Shown here: positions 7,506-15,321 of the stretch, piece after piece
How positions within the stretch are numbered: position 1 is the first letter of the stretch
Layout: the number at the start of each line of letters is the position of its first letter
Assembly (NCBI GenBank): GCA_965649205.1
Contig: CBFGJV010000034.1
Span: forward strand, 1 to 16,523
DNA: 16,523 nucleotides
From: a candidate division WOR-3 bacterium
Lineage (GTDB): Bacteria > Hydrothermota > Tepidihabitantia > Tepidihabitantales > Tepidihabitantaceae
Reading direction: 5' to 3'
Notes under the pieces: model-generated
Told to the model about the DNA's origin: nothing
The model's database searches: none
Seen by the model: only the letters and a program-made list of their open reading frames with translations
Position numbers and translations under genes: made by a program

Positions 7506-7636
7506 TAACTCGCCGCCAGTCGCACCTCACGGTTCTGAGGACTTGGTCGGAAAGGAACCAAATCTCTGGGCCAGCGGGTAAGGTTCAGTGCAGGTCTGAC
7601 TGCTGCGGTTTGATGCATCAGGAGAAAAAGCCGGAG

Positions 7637-8047
7637 TTATGCGCTGTTGTTTTCATCTTGTTCGGTGGGTCTAGCCTGGTTGTCTCCTGCTTTTTCTTGT
7701 ATGCGGTATTCGTGTACGAACACGTCGTCAAAGTCATAGACGGAGTGAAAGTCTTCAATTCTGTCTTCTTCGGTTTTGGTTAGAAGACCGGCGTTTACCA
7801 GATTGAAGACGATATGGCCGAAATCGTCGGTGGTGCGTACTCCCCAGGAGTGAAGTACGGTTTTTGCCAAGAGACCAAATTGGTCGCGGGCGAGGACCTT
7901 GATGCCTTCCAGTAACTCCCGGCCGGAAACATGACGTTTTCGCCGAAACAGCTGCTGGGCTACCGGAAGGGCGGCGAGAACAAATAGATATGCTTCAACA
8001 GCATAGCGAGGGTCCTTTTCCACTATTTGCAAGAGTATGTCCTGCAC
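7637..8047 (-). CDS. Minf_1886-family conserved hypothetical protein
   Basis: DPRYAxEAYxFV, HVSGRELLEGI, QFGxLAKTVLxxWGVRTTxDFGxIVFNLV, LLxKTEEDxIEDF match my recollection of the family first described in Verrucomicrobia/Planctomycetes. GTG start. Confidence 0.8.
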   Translation of the reverse strand: MQDILLQIVEKDPRYAVEAYLFVLAALPVAQQLFRRKRHVSGRELLEGIKVLARDQFGLLAKTVLHSWGVRTTDDFGHIVFNLVNAGLLTKTEEDRIEDFHSVYDFDDVFVHEYRIQEKAGDNQARPTEQDENNSA

Positions 8048-8053
8048 GAGGTA

Positions 8054-8081
8054 ATTCTAGTTGCTGTGCTATAGAGAGCAA
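8054..8081 (-). promoter_or_regulatory. Sigma70-type promoter for Minf_1886-family gene/helicase (probably leaderless)
   Basis: Minus strand TTGCTC (8081-8076), 16-nt spacer, TAGAAT (8059-8054), then 6 nt to the GTG at 8047. No SD. Confidence 0.55.
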
Positions 8082-8092
8082 GGCGCAGAACT

Positions 8093-8120
8093 TTGACCCC
8101 TTATACGAGAGACATATAAT
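8093..8120 (+). promoter_or_regulatory. Sigma70-type promoter for the C25 protein gene
   Basis: TTGACC (8093-8098), 16-nt spacer, TATAAT (8115-8120). Same hexamers and spacing as the gdhA promoter. Confidence 0.7.
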
Positions 8121-8143
8121 TCCCTATCGCGAGCGAAACAGAT

Positions 8144-11100
8144 ATGAGCTGTGGTCGATGGCGCTTACCCGAGAACAGAGTGTCCGCGACGAAGTTAAAG
8201 CAGAGTATTTTCGGGCTGGTAATTCTGGTGCACACGGTTTTTGCGGGTGGAGCCAGTTATCTAATTGTTACTGCAGATGAGTGTTATGCTGCCGTACAGC
8301 CGCTCGCCGAATGGAGACACAAGAAAGGTATGCGGACGGCTGTGGTCAGGTTGTCAGAAATAGTACCGCAGACGCGGGAGGGTATTCGCGAGTACATCGT
8401 GAATGCGTATCGCACGTGGAATCCACAGCCGCAATATGTGCTTCTGGTTGGAGATACCGAAAAGATTCCAGTGGGCCAGGACCAGCCCTGCAAGAGCGAC
8501 AACTACTACGGAGAGATGGACGGGCATTTCCGGGCAGAGCTGGCAGTGGGTAGATTTCCCTGCCGTACGGTCAAGGAATGCGAAGTGATGGTAGCCAAAA
8601 CTTTGTTGTATGAACGGCATCCACTTTTCCCGGATACTGCCTGGTACTGCCGAGGATTGGTGGCGGTGCGTTTCGATCATGCCGGAGATACTCTGGGATT
8701 TTATGTGCGGGACATGCGTTATTTTGTTTCCACCTTGCGGGATAGTGGCGGGTTTGTCGTAGAGTCTCTATTTTGGCGCGAAGGAGAAGGTTGGCATGGC
8801 CAGGGCCCGGATAGTGCCCGGCATATTGCAGAAGCGGTGAGGCGGGGAGTGGGTTTTGTTCTTTTCCGCGGTTATGGGGCCTGGGATGGGACATTTCACA
8901 ACTGGAATATGCCGATGAATGTGCAGCCTAACCAGCTGGCAAATGGTTTTTATCTTCCTGTTGTCTACGGTGGCTGCTGTCAGACCGTGTTTGCCCCTGA
9001 AGACAGAGGTGTGGGAGAAGAATGGTTGCGGGTCGGAAGTACCCTTGTTCCCCGGGGAGCTGTAGCCTATCTGGGCAATTCTATTCACTCTCTAGCTGCT
9101 GCCTGGCGCAGCAAGGTACTGCAGGGTTTTTACAAGGCTTTGTTTGTGTACGATACGCTTACTCTTGGCCGAGCTCTTCTTTTTGGCAAGGACAGTTTGT
9201 ATCGCTGGATGCGGGCCAATGGTCATCCAGATACAACCCGAGACAGTGTGGTGCGTTACATAGAGCAGTGTATTATTGGCGACCCCGCCCTGCAGCCGTG
9301 GACAGCGTTTCCCCGGAGGATCGTGGTTGACCATCCGGGTACAGTTCCGGCTGGACTGTGTCGTTTGTCTGTTGCTGTGCGTAGCGAGGACGGACAGCCT
9401 ATCCAAGGGGCCTGCGTTTGTGCTTGGAAAGAAGGCGAGTTCTACGCTACCGCGCACACGGATACAAGTGGCAAGGCTGAGCTGAGTATTGACGGCCGCA
9501 CGCCCGGTGTTTTCTCTGTGACTGTTACTGGCAAAAATATACGACCTTATGAGGGAGTGTGTTTTGTGGAAGGTGCTGACATAGGAGTTACGACTATTGT
9601 TTCTCCCAAAGGTACGTATTTTGCCGGTGTTGTGGTGACTCCCGCCTGTTCAGTGCGTAATTTTGGTACAAGAGTTCTCCGGTCGTACCGGGTACGGATG
9701 AGAATAGGCGCCTATGACCGGAGTGTGACAGTTTCTGATTCTCATCCCGCACATACCACCAAGTATGTGGTTTTTCCTGCTTGCACTACCGTGGCTGGGG
9801 TGTTCAGCGTAGTCTGTTCTACGGAGTTGGCTGCGGATGAGAGAAATAATAACGACTGTGCAAGCTGTACGCTAAGCGTCAGGCCTAATTGGCCCAGGGG
9901 CTGGTCAGAGGTTGAACCGGTACCAACTGAGTCCATTTCCAAACCGCAGGTGGTAAAAGAAGGAGGGTGGCTTACGTGTCATCGGGCGAGTAATACGTTT
10001 TTCTGCACACGGGGAAACAAATCGGCTGATTTCTACGAATATAATCCGGTTGCAGATCAGTGGAGACCGCGGCAGCCGATTCCCGTGCAGGAAGATGGCA
10101 AGATAAGATTGCCAGGCAAGGGTGGTGGCGGTGTTTCTGACGGCAGACGTTACCTGTATGTGGTAAAAGGCAACAATACGTTGAGCTTCTGGCGCTACGA
10201 CGTGGAGCAGGATTCGTGGCAGCGGCTGAGGGATATACCCTGCGATGCTCGCAGGAAAAACGTAAAAGGCGGGGGAGACCTGGTCTATGTCAGAAGGGGG
10301 GACTCAGGCCAGGTATATTTGCTTAAGGGATACACAAATGAGTTCTATCGCTACGATGTACGTACGGAAAAGTGGGATACGCTGGAGAACGCTCCGGACG
10401 CAAGCGGCAAAGGCAAGTATCAGAAAGGTTCTTTTCTGGTGTACGATGGGCGGAGTAGCATTTACTTACATCAGTCTCGCTACCATGACGGCGAGTACCA
10501 CTATCTCTACAGATATGACCTTGATATTGGGCGGTGGCAGGCTGAGCGTCTGCGAGGAATGCCGGTAATAGAATACGAGAAGGGTAGAAACAAGGCACGC
10601 AAGTCCGGAGACGGTGCCAGTGGGGCGTGGGATACCGACGACCCTAATCATTTCTACGCTTTGAAGGGCGGAGGCAGTGATGGGTTCTATCGCTATTCGG
10701 TAGCAAGCAATTCATGGACGCAACTGGAGGCGTTGCCTGCCTACGGGACGACTAAGAAAAAGAAGGGGGTTAAAGGGGGAGGAGATTTGGTGGCATGGGG
10801 TGCGGGCACTTATTTTGCCCTCAAGGGCAACAGTACCCGGGAATTGTGGAGGTTTGTTGCGCCGCCGGACGTACAACTGGCTGGCAGCCAGACGATTAGA
10901 GAAACGGGTAGCTTCCCCGTAGTTCTGGCTCGGCGAAATAGCGGTTTCATCCGCCTTCCGTTGTACACAGCTGGCAACTGGTCACCAGATAGTCGGGTAC
11001 GCCTTTTCGACCCGGCGGGACGTTGTTTGCGGGCAATCCCGTCTTGGCACGTGCTCGGCTACCTGGGTTCGCCTGTCCTGCTGCTTGATCTGCGACAGCT

Positions 11101-11173
11101 GGCAGCGGGCGCTTACATTCTCCGGTTCGACGGCGCCCGCTTTGCAGTTACGTACAAACTGGTACTGCAGTAA
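8144..11173 (+). CDS. Secreted gingipain-like (peptidase family C25) protein with Ig-like and CARDB-like domains, Kelch-like beta-propeller and T9SS-like C-terminal domain
   Basis: Signal-peptide-like KLKQSIFGLVILVHTVFA (alternative GTG start at 8180); C25 motifs YLIVT, LAEWRHKKG, YVLLVGD, SDNYYG, ELAVGRFP, GAVAYLG, IGDPAL; Ig-like segment; DIGVTTIVSP...NFG...DERNNND CARDB-like segment; six KG(N)xxxF(W/Y)xY repeats; terminal LFDPAGR...LAAGAYIL...KLVLQ. Confidence 0.85.
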   Translation: MSCGRWRLPENRVSATKLKQSIFGLVILVHTVFAGGASYLIVTADECYAAVQPLAEWRHKKGMRTAVVRLSEIVPQTREGIREYIVNAYRTWNPQPQYVLLVGDTEKIPVGQDQPCKSDNYYGEMDGHFRAELAVGRFPCRTVKECEVMVAKTLLYERHPLFPDTAWYCRGLVAVRFDHAGDTLGFYVRDMRYFVSTLRDSGGFVVESLFWREGEGWHGQGPDSARHIAEAVRRGVGFVLFRGYGAWDGTFHNWNMPMNVQPNQLANGFYLPVVYGGCCQTVFAPEDRGVGEEWLRVGSTLVPRGAVAYLGNSIHSLAAAWRSKVLQGFYKALFVYDTLTLGRALLFGKDSLYRWMRANGHPDTTRDSVVRYIEQCIIGDPALQPWTAFPRRIVVDHPGTVPAGLCRLSVAVRSEDGQPIQGACVCAWKEGEFYATAHTDTSGKAELSIDGRTPGVFSVTVTGKNIRPYEGVCFVEGADIGVTTIVSPKGTYFAGVVVTPACSVRNFGTRVLRSYRVRMRIGAYDRSVTVSDSHPAHTTKYVVFPACTTVAGVFSVVCSTELAADERNNNDCASCTLSVRPNWPRGWSEVEPVPTESISKPQVVKEGGWLTCHRASNTFFCTRGNKSADFYEYNPVADQWRPRQPIPVQEDGKIRLPGKGGGGVSDGRRYLYVVKGNNTLSFWRYDVEQDSWQRLRDIPCDARRKNVKGGGDLVYVRRGDSGQVYLLKGYTNEFYRYDVRTEKWDTLENAPDASGKGKYQKGSFLVYDGRSSIYLHQSRYHDGEYHYLYRYDLDIGRWQAERLRGMPVIEYEKGRNKARKSGDGASGAWDTDDPNHFYALKGGGSDGFYRYSVASNSWTQLEALPAYGTTKKKKGVKGGGDLVAWGAGTYFALKGNSTRELWRFVAPPDVQLAGSQTIRETGSFPVVLARRNSGFIRLPLYTAGNWSPDSRVRLFDPAGRCLRAIPSWHVLGYLGSPVLLLDLRQLAAGAYILRFDGARFAVTYKLVLQ
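9899..10860 (+). repeat. Six degenerate ~50-aa Kelch-like protein repeats within the C25 gene
   Basis: Recurring W..L..(I/V/M)P...K..K.GG.L....Y..KG....F(W/Y).Y pattern: RGNKSADFYEYN, KGNNTLSFWRYD, KGYTNEFYRYD, HYLYRYD, KGGGSDGFYRYS, KGNSTRELWRF. VKGGGDLV occurs twice. Confidence 0.8.
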
Positions 11174-11254
11174 TAGCAGGTCTGATAGAGCCATCAGTTC
11201 CCAATTGAATGGAGTAGCAATTTGCCTCTAGAGAGTCGAAGGAGTTCCGCATAC

Positions 11255-11326
11255 AAGAGAAAGCTGGCGGCGGCCGGACAGAGGTCCTGCGGCGGGTAGT
11301 TTTGCCCCCAAGAGGTCTGTGCCAGC
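11255..11326 (-). terminator. Possible terminator or structured element downstream of mutS
   Basis: On the minus strand, GCTGGC...GCCAGC closes a ~64-nt branched fold and is followed by TTTCTCTT. The loop is too large for a canonical terminator. Confidence 0.25.
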
Positions 11327-11330
11327 CGGT

Positions 11331-13931
11331 TCAGACCAGCTTCTTGAGTTCAGCCAGCAGGTTGAGAGCCTGAAGAGGGGTGAGTTCGTCCAAGTTCAGC
11401 TCCCGGATTCGGGCTACGACCTGGTGTTCAGGGAGAGAGGTTGTCTTGTTTTCTTTTGTAAAGAGATTGTGGTCTGCAGCCATGGGGAGGTCGGCAGGGA
11501 GGCGGTCGGGAATAAGGTTTTTGAGACTGAGCCGCTCTCCTTTTTCAAAGCCGGCAAGAACGGCGCGGGCGCGTTCGATAACAGCGGCTGGCAGACCGGC
11601 GAGACGGGCCACGGCGATGCCATAGCTCTTGCTGGCCGGCCCTGGGGTCATTTTGCGGAGGAAGATGACGGTATCTTTGCTTTCTTTTACGGAAAAGTTG
11701 TAGTTACGGCAACGCGGCAGCAGCAGGGCTATGTCGGTGAGTTCATGGTAGTGAGTGGCAAAGAGGGTGCGGGGTTGCGTATTGCCATGCAGGTACTCCA
11801 CTGTGGCCCAGGCGATAGCCAAGCCGTCGTTTGTGGAGGTGCCGCGCCCTACCTCGTCCAGAATTACGAGGCTGCGGGTGGTAGCGTTGTTCAGGATGTT
11901 GGCCGTTTCGGTCATCTCTGCCAGAAAGGTGGATACGCCCTGAGTCACATCATCTGAAGCGCCGATACGAGTAAATATCTTGTCTACAACTCCAATGCGG
12001 GCTTTCTGCGCCGGAACGAAAGAACCAGTCTGAGCCATTATGACTATAAGTGCTACCTGGCGGAGATAGGTGGACTTTCCCGCCATATTCGGCCCGGTGA
12101 TGATGAGTATTTGCTGGCTCTCGGTGTCCAGCAGAGTATCGTTGGGAATGAAGGGTTTATCTAACATCTGCTCCACGACTGGATGCCGGCCTCGCACTAT
12201 TTCCAGGCAGGTGGAGTCGTCGACCTGAGGACGGGTGTAGCGGTTTTCACCGGCCAGCTGGGCGAAGCCGGCCAAGACGTCCAATTCCGCCAGAAGAGAA
12301 GCGAGGCGGATGACTCGCTCTACCTCTTGTGCCACTTCCCGGCGGAGAGAGAGGAACAGTTCATATTCCAAGACTTTGGAGCGTTCTTCGGCGCTGGTGA
12401 TTTTGACTTCGTAGTCCTTGAGTTCGGGGGTGATGAAACGTTCCGCACCGGTAAGAGTCTGTTTGCGGATATAGTGTTTGGGCACTTGGGCGAGATAGGA
12501 CTTGGTTATTTCAATGTAGTAGCCGAAAACGGTATTATAGCCTACTCGCAGGTTGGGTATGCCGGTACGTCGACGTTCTTCTTCCTGCAGGCGAGCTATG
12601 TATTCGCGGGCGTGAGAGGAAATGTCCCGCAGTTCGTCCAGTTCCGCGTTGTAGCCGGGTCGGATGATACCGCCGTCGGTGAGAGAGGTGCTGGCGTCGT
12701 CACAGATGACCTGTTCAATGCGCTGCGCCAGCGCGGAAAAATCCTCGACGGAGTCTCGCAGGTACGCAAGACGGGGAGAAGAACAGGAGGCAAGACATTG
12801 CTTTATCGTCGGCACAACTTTGAGCCAGTCCTTGAGGGCCACAAGTTCCCGGGCGTTGGCTCTCTCCAGAGCTATGCGAGAGCCTATACGTTCCAGATCG
12901 CCTATGCGGGCAAGAAGGGACTGTAGTTCTGTGCGAGTGGAGGAGTTGCTCAGTAACTCCGCAACCGCATCCAGACGGGCGTTTATGGCTGCGGGGTCGC
13001 GCAGAGGTGCGAGCAGCCAGCGGCGCAGGAGCCGGGAGCCGGCTGCAGTGCGAGTACGGTCCATTACCGCCAGCAGGGTTCCGCTTTTGTCAGGCAGGGG
13101 GTGAATTCGTTCCGTCAGCTCCAGGTTGCGGCGGGAGAGTCGGTCAATCAGCAGGTATTCGCCGGCATGATAAGGGGCGATTCTGCGGATATGGGGCAGA
13201 GCGCTTTTTTGAGTTTCTTCCAGATAGTGGAGCACGGCACCAGCTGCGCAGATCCCTTCAGTGAGTTCGGCCAGTCCGAATCCGTTCAGGTTGGCAACGC
13301 CCAGATGAGAGGTGAGTCGTTCGAAGGCGAATTCCTGACTGAAATAGTAATCATCTAACGGTGTGAGGTGAAAGGAGCCCAGATGAAGTGATTCTGCTTT
13401 CCAGGAGTTGGGAATAAGGATTTCGCTGGGTTCCAGTTTTTGCAGTTCTTCGGACAAGAGAGCCAGGTCGATTTCTCCAGCCCGAAAGTCGCCTGTAGAG
13501 ACATCGGCAAAGGCTATTCCGACCCGGTCGCTGCAGGGAGACAGAGCTAGAAGATAATTGTTGCGGCGATCGTCCAGGAGACCGGGACGGGTGAGTGTAC
13601 CCGGAGTCAGAATCTCTGTTACTTCTCGGGCGATAACGGGCTTGCCTGAGGGTTGTTCCAACTGGTCACAGATTGCTACCTTGAATCCTTGGGCTACCAG
13701 GCGGCCCACGTAGGTATCGAGCGATTTGGCTGGTACGCCGGCCAAGGGAACTCGATGTTCCCGGCCGTGAGGTCGGGAGGTGAGGGTGAGCCCCAAAGCC
13801 CTGGAGCCTATCTCCGCATCTTCGTAGAACATTTCGTAAAAGTCACCTACCCGAAACAGAAGAAGTGAATCCTGGTGTTGTGATTTAATACGACGGTATT
13901 GACTGAGCAGAGGGGTCAGTTTTTCAGACAT
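11331..13931 (-). CDS. mutS: DNA mismatch repair protein MutS (MutS1)
   Basis: TPLLSQY, FRVGDFYEMF (Phe-X-Glu), TPGT, GRHPVVE, Walker A TGPNMAGKSTYLRQ, STFLAEM, ILDEVGRGTST, FATHYHELT, SYGIAVARLAGLP, LTPLQAL. 866 aa. Confidence 0.99.
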   Translation of the reverse strand: MSEKLTPLLSQYRRIKSQHQDSLLLFRVGDFYEMFYEDAEIGSRALGLTLTSRPHGREHRVPLAGVPAKSLDTYVGRLVAQGFKVAICDQLEQPSGKPVIAREVTEILTPGTLTRPGLLDDRRNNYLLALSPCSDRVGIAFADVSTGDFRAGEIDLALLSEELQKLEPSEILIPNSWKAESLHLGSFHLTPLDDYYFSQEFAFERLTSHLGVANLNGFGLAELTEGICAAGAVLHYLEETQKSALPHIRRIAPYHAGEYLLIDRLSRRNLELTERIHPLPDKSGTLLAVMDRTRTAAGSRLLRRWLLAPLRDPAAINARLDAVAELLSNSSTRTELQSLLARIGDLERIGSRIALERANARELVALKDWLKVVPTIKQCLASCSSPRLAYLRDSVEDFSALAQRIEQVICDDASTSLTDGGIIRPGYNAELDELRDISSHAREYIARLQEEERRRTGIPNLRVGYNTVFGYYIEITKSYLAQVPKHYIRKQTLTGAERFITPELKDYEVKITSAEERSKVLEYELFLSLRREVAQEVERVIRLASLLAELDVLAGFAQLAGENRYTRPQVDDSTCLEIVRGRHPVVEQMLDKPFIPNDTLLDTESQQILIITGPNMAGKSTYLRQVALIVIMAQTGSFVPAQKARIGVVDKIFTRIGASDDVTQGVSTFLAEMTETANILNNATTRSLVILDEVGRGTSTNDGLAIAWATVEYLHGNTQPRTLFATHYHELTDIALLLPRCRNYNFSVKESKDTVIFLRKMTPGPASKSYGIAVARLAGLPAAVIERARAVLAGFEKGERLSLKNLIPDRLPADLPMAADHNLFTKENKTTSLPEHQVVARIRELNLDELTPLQALNLLAELKKLV

Positions 13932-13960
13932 GGTCCGGACTCCGATAAGCGAGGCGCGGC

Positions 13961-15010
13961 CTACCTGGAGCTCTTCACAGTTGTCTGCTGTTTTTCCAGT
14001 CTATCGAACGCCTGCTCCAGCGTTTGGCTGGCCCGCATCGTATCACCCTGCTTCAATAGAGCCCTGACCAGAGCGAGATACAGAGTGGGACCTGAATCGG
14101 GCCGGATGTGACGTTCCAGGAGTCTTACTGCTTTGTGCGGTTCCTCGCGCTTCTCATAGATGTTGGCGAGCGCCATCACCAATCCCTCGTCGCCGGGAAT
14201 TTTGCGCAGCAGTTGTTCGTAGACGCGGGGAATTTCATCATAGCGTCCTATTTCGTAATAGGCCGCCTCCAGGCGGGGTCGGATGTCAGCATTCCTGTGT
14301 GGTGCCAGCTCTAATGCTTCGGTCCACAGCCTGATTGCTTCTTCTGTTCGGTTTTCCGCCATATACAGATCACCCAGATACAGGCGGGCTTCCACAGAAT
14401 TGTGATCCAGTCGCAGAGCCTGTTCGAGGTGGTCCCGGCCGGCCGCCGGCTCTGTTTTTGCCCTGGCTTGGCCCAGTTCAGCGAGCAGACGGGCAAGGAC
14501 GATACGGTCGGTAAGACGGCGGCTGAGTTCCTTGACCAGCGTCTCACATTTGTCCCATGAAGCAGTGGCGATGTAGAGTTTCAACAGTTGCTCGGCGGCG
14601 CGGGTATCGCGCGGGTCGAGGAGGACAAGTTCCTCAAGGCTGGATATGGCTTTCAGCTTTCGGTCGGTAGTTAGATAATCCCGGGTGAGAGCACGCAGCA
14701 CCTTTTTCTCATCTTCTGGCGACAGGTTCCGTCGGAGCCCAAGGTTTTCGTGAATCCGCACTCCTCGTTCTACTTCTCCCTGAGCAATGAGGATATCGCC
14801 CAGTCGCACATAGGCATCTATATTTTCTGGGTCTTTGTCCACCGCCTGTTTCAGCCGTTGCAGGGCACCGGCGAGGTCTCCGTCCAACGCCAGCTGGAGT
14901 CCTTCTACATAGGCCGGCACGGTTTCCCGATGCTTGTACAGCAGATCCCGTACCACCGGATACAGTGCTACGACAAGCAGTAATATGATAATGATAACCA
15001 GTACAATCAC
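13961..15010 (-). CDS. LapB (YciM)-like TPR membrane protein lacking the C-terminal rubredoxin domain
   Basis: N-terminal TM anchor, YVEGL, AYVRLGD...GEVERGVRIHENL (LapB-like AxxIHxxL), tandem TPRs. The GTG start overlaps the lapA-like stop (GTGA) and has a strong GGAGGAGG SD. Confidence 0.75.
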   Translation of the reverse strand: MIVLVIIIILLLVVALYPVVRDLLYKHRETVPAYVEGLQLALDGDLAGALQRLKQAVDKDPENIDAYVRLGDILIAQGEVERGVRIHENLGLRRNLSPEDEKKVLRALTRDYLTTDRKLKAISSLEELVLLDPRDTRAAEQLLKLYIATASWDKCETLVKELSRRLTDRIVLARLLAELGQARAKTEPAAGRDHLEQALRLDHNSVEARLYLGDLYMAENRTEEAIRLWTEALELAPHRNADIRPRLEAAYYEIGRYDEIPRVYEQLLRKIPGDEGLVMALANIYEKREEPHKAVRLLERHIRPDSGPTLYLALVRALLKQGDTMRASQTLEQAFDRLEKQQTTVKSSR

Positions 15011-15321
15011 TTTTCCTCCTCCCTGCCGGTGTCAGTTCCAAGCGGAGCATTGCGGAAAGCGTGGAGTTCTTCGAGCAGTGCTTCTGCATCACGGCGGGCC
15101 CGACGCAGTCGGTTACGCAACTGTATTTCTGTCACCAACGTAAAAATGCCCACGCACACTGCGCCGAAGGCGAAGGAGTAAAGCATTATCAGGGTGACGG
15201 GCACGTCTTCGAGGGTACGGCCAAATAACCATACAGGCGCAGTCTCGTTCATGTTCATCAGTGCTAAAATGAGCAACAGGATGAAGACCAAAAGGATAAG
15301 AATCACTCTAAATGCAAACAT
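15007..15321 (-). CDS. LapA (YciS, DUF1049)-family lipopolysaccharide assembly membrane protein
   Basis: TM1, short loop with N (ALMNMNETAPVWLF), P-led TM2 (PVTLIMLYSFAFG) and basic coiled-coil tail. GGAGG SD. Directly upstream of the LapB-like gene. Confidence 0.8.
   Translation of the reverse strand: MFAFRVILILLVFILLLILALMNMNETAPVWLFGRTLEDVPVTLIMLYSFAFGAVCVGIFTLVTEIQLRNRLRRARRDAEALLEELHAFRNAPLGTDTGREEEK

Noticed and set aside
9899..10860. Possible nucleotide repeat array, CRISPR or DGR-type repeat
   Set aside because: Similarity is at protein level with synonymous divergence. No identical spaced repeats, cas genes or reverse transcriptase.
11255..11330. tRNA-, SRP- or SECIS-like identity for the branched fold
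   Set aside because: No T-loop GTTCRA, D-loop GG context or CCA end, no SRP helix-8 signature, and no in-frame UGA selenoprotein nearby.
11319..13358. Long plus-strand ORFs (11319..11957, 12183..12926, 12664..13104 and others)
   Set aside because: Antisense shadows of mutS, expected from codon bias. No motifs or RBS.
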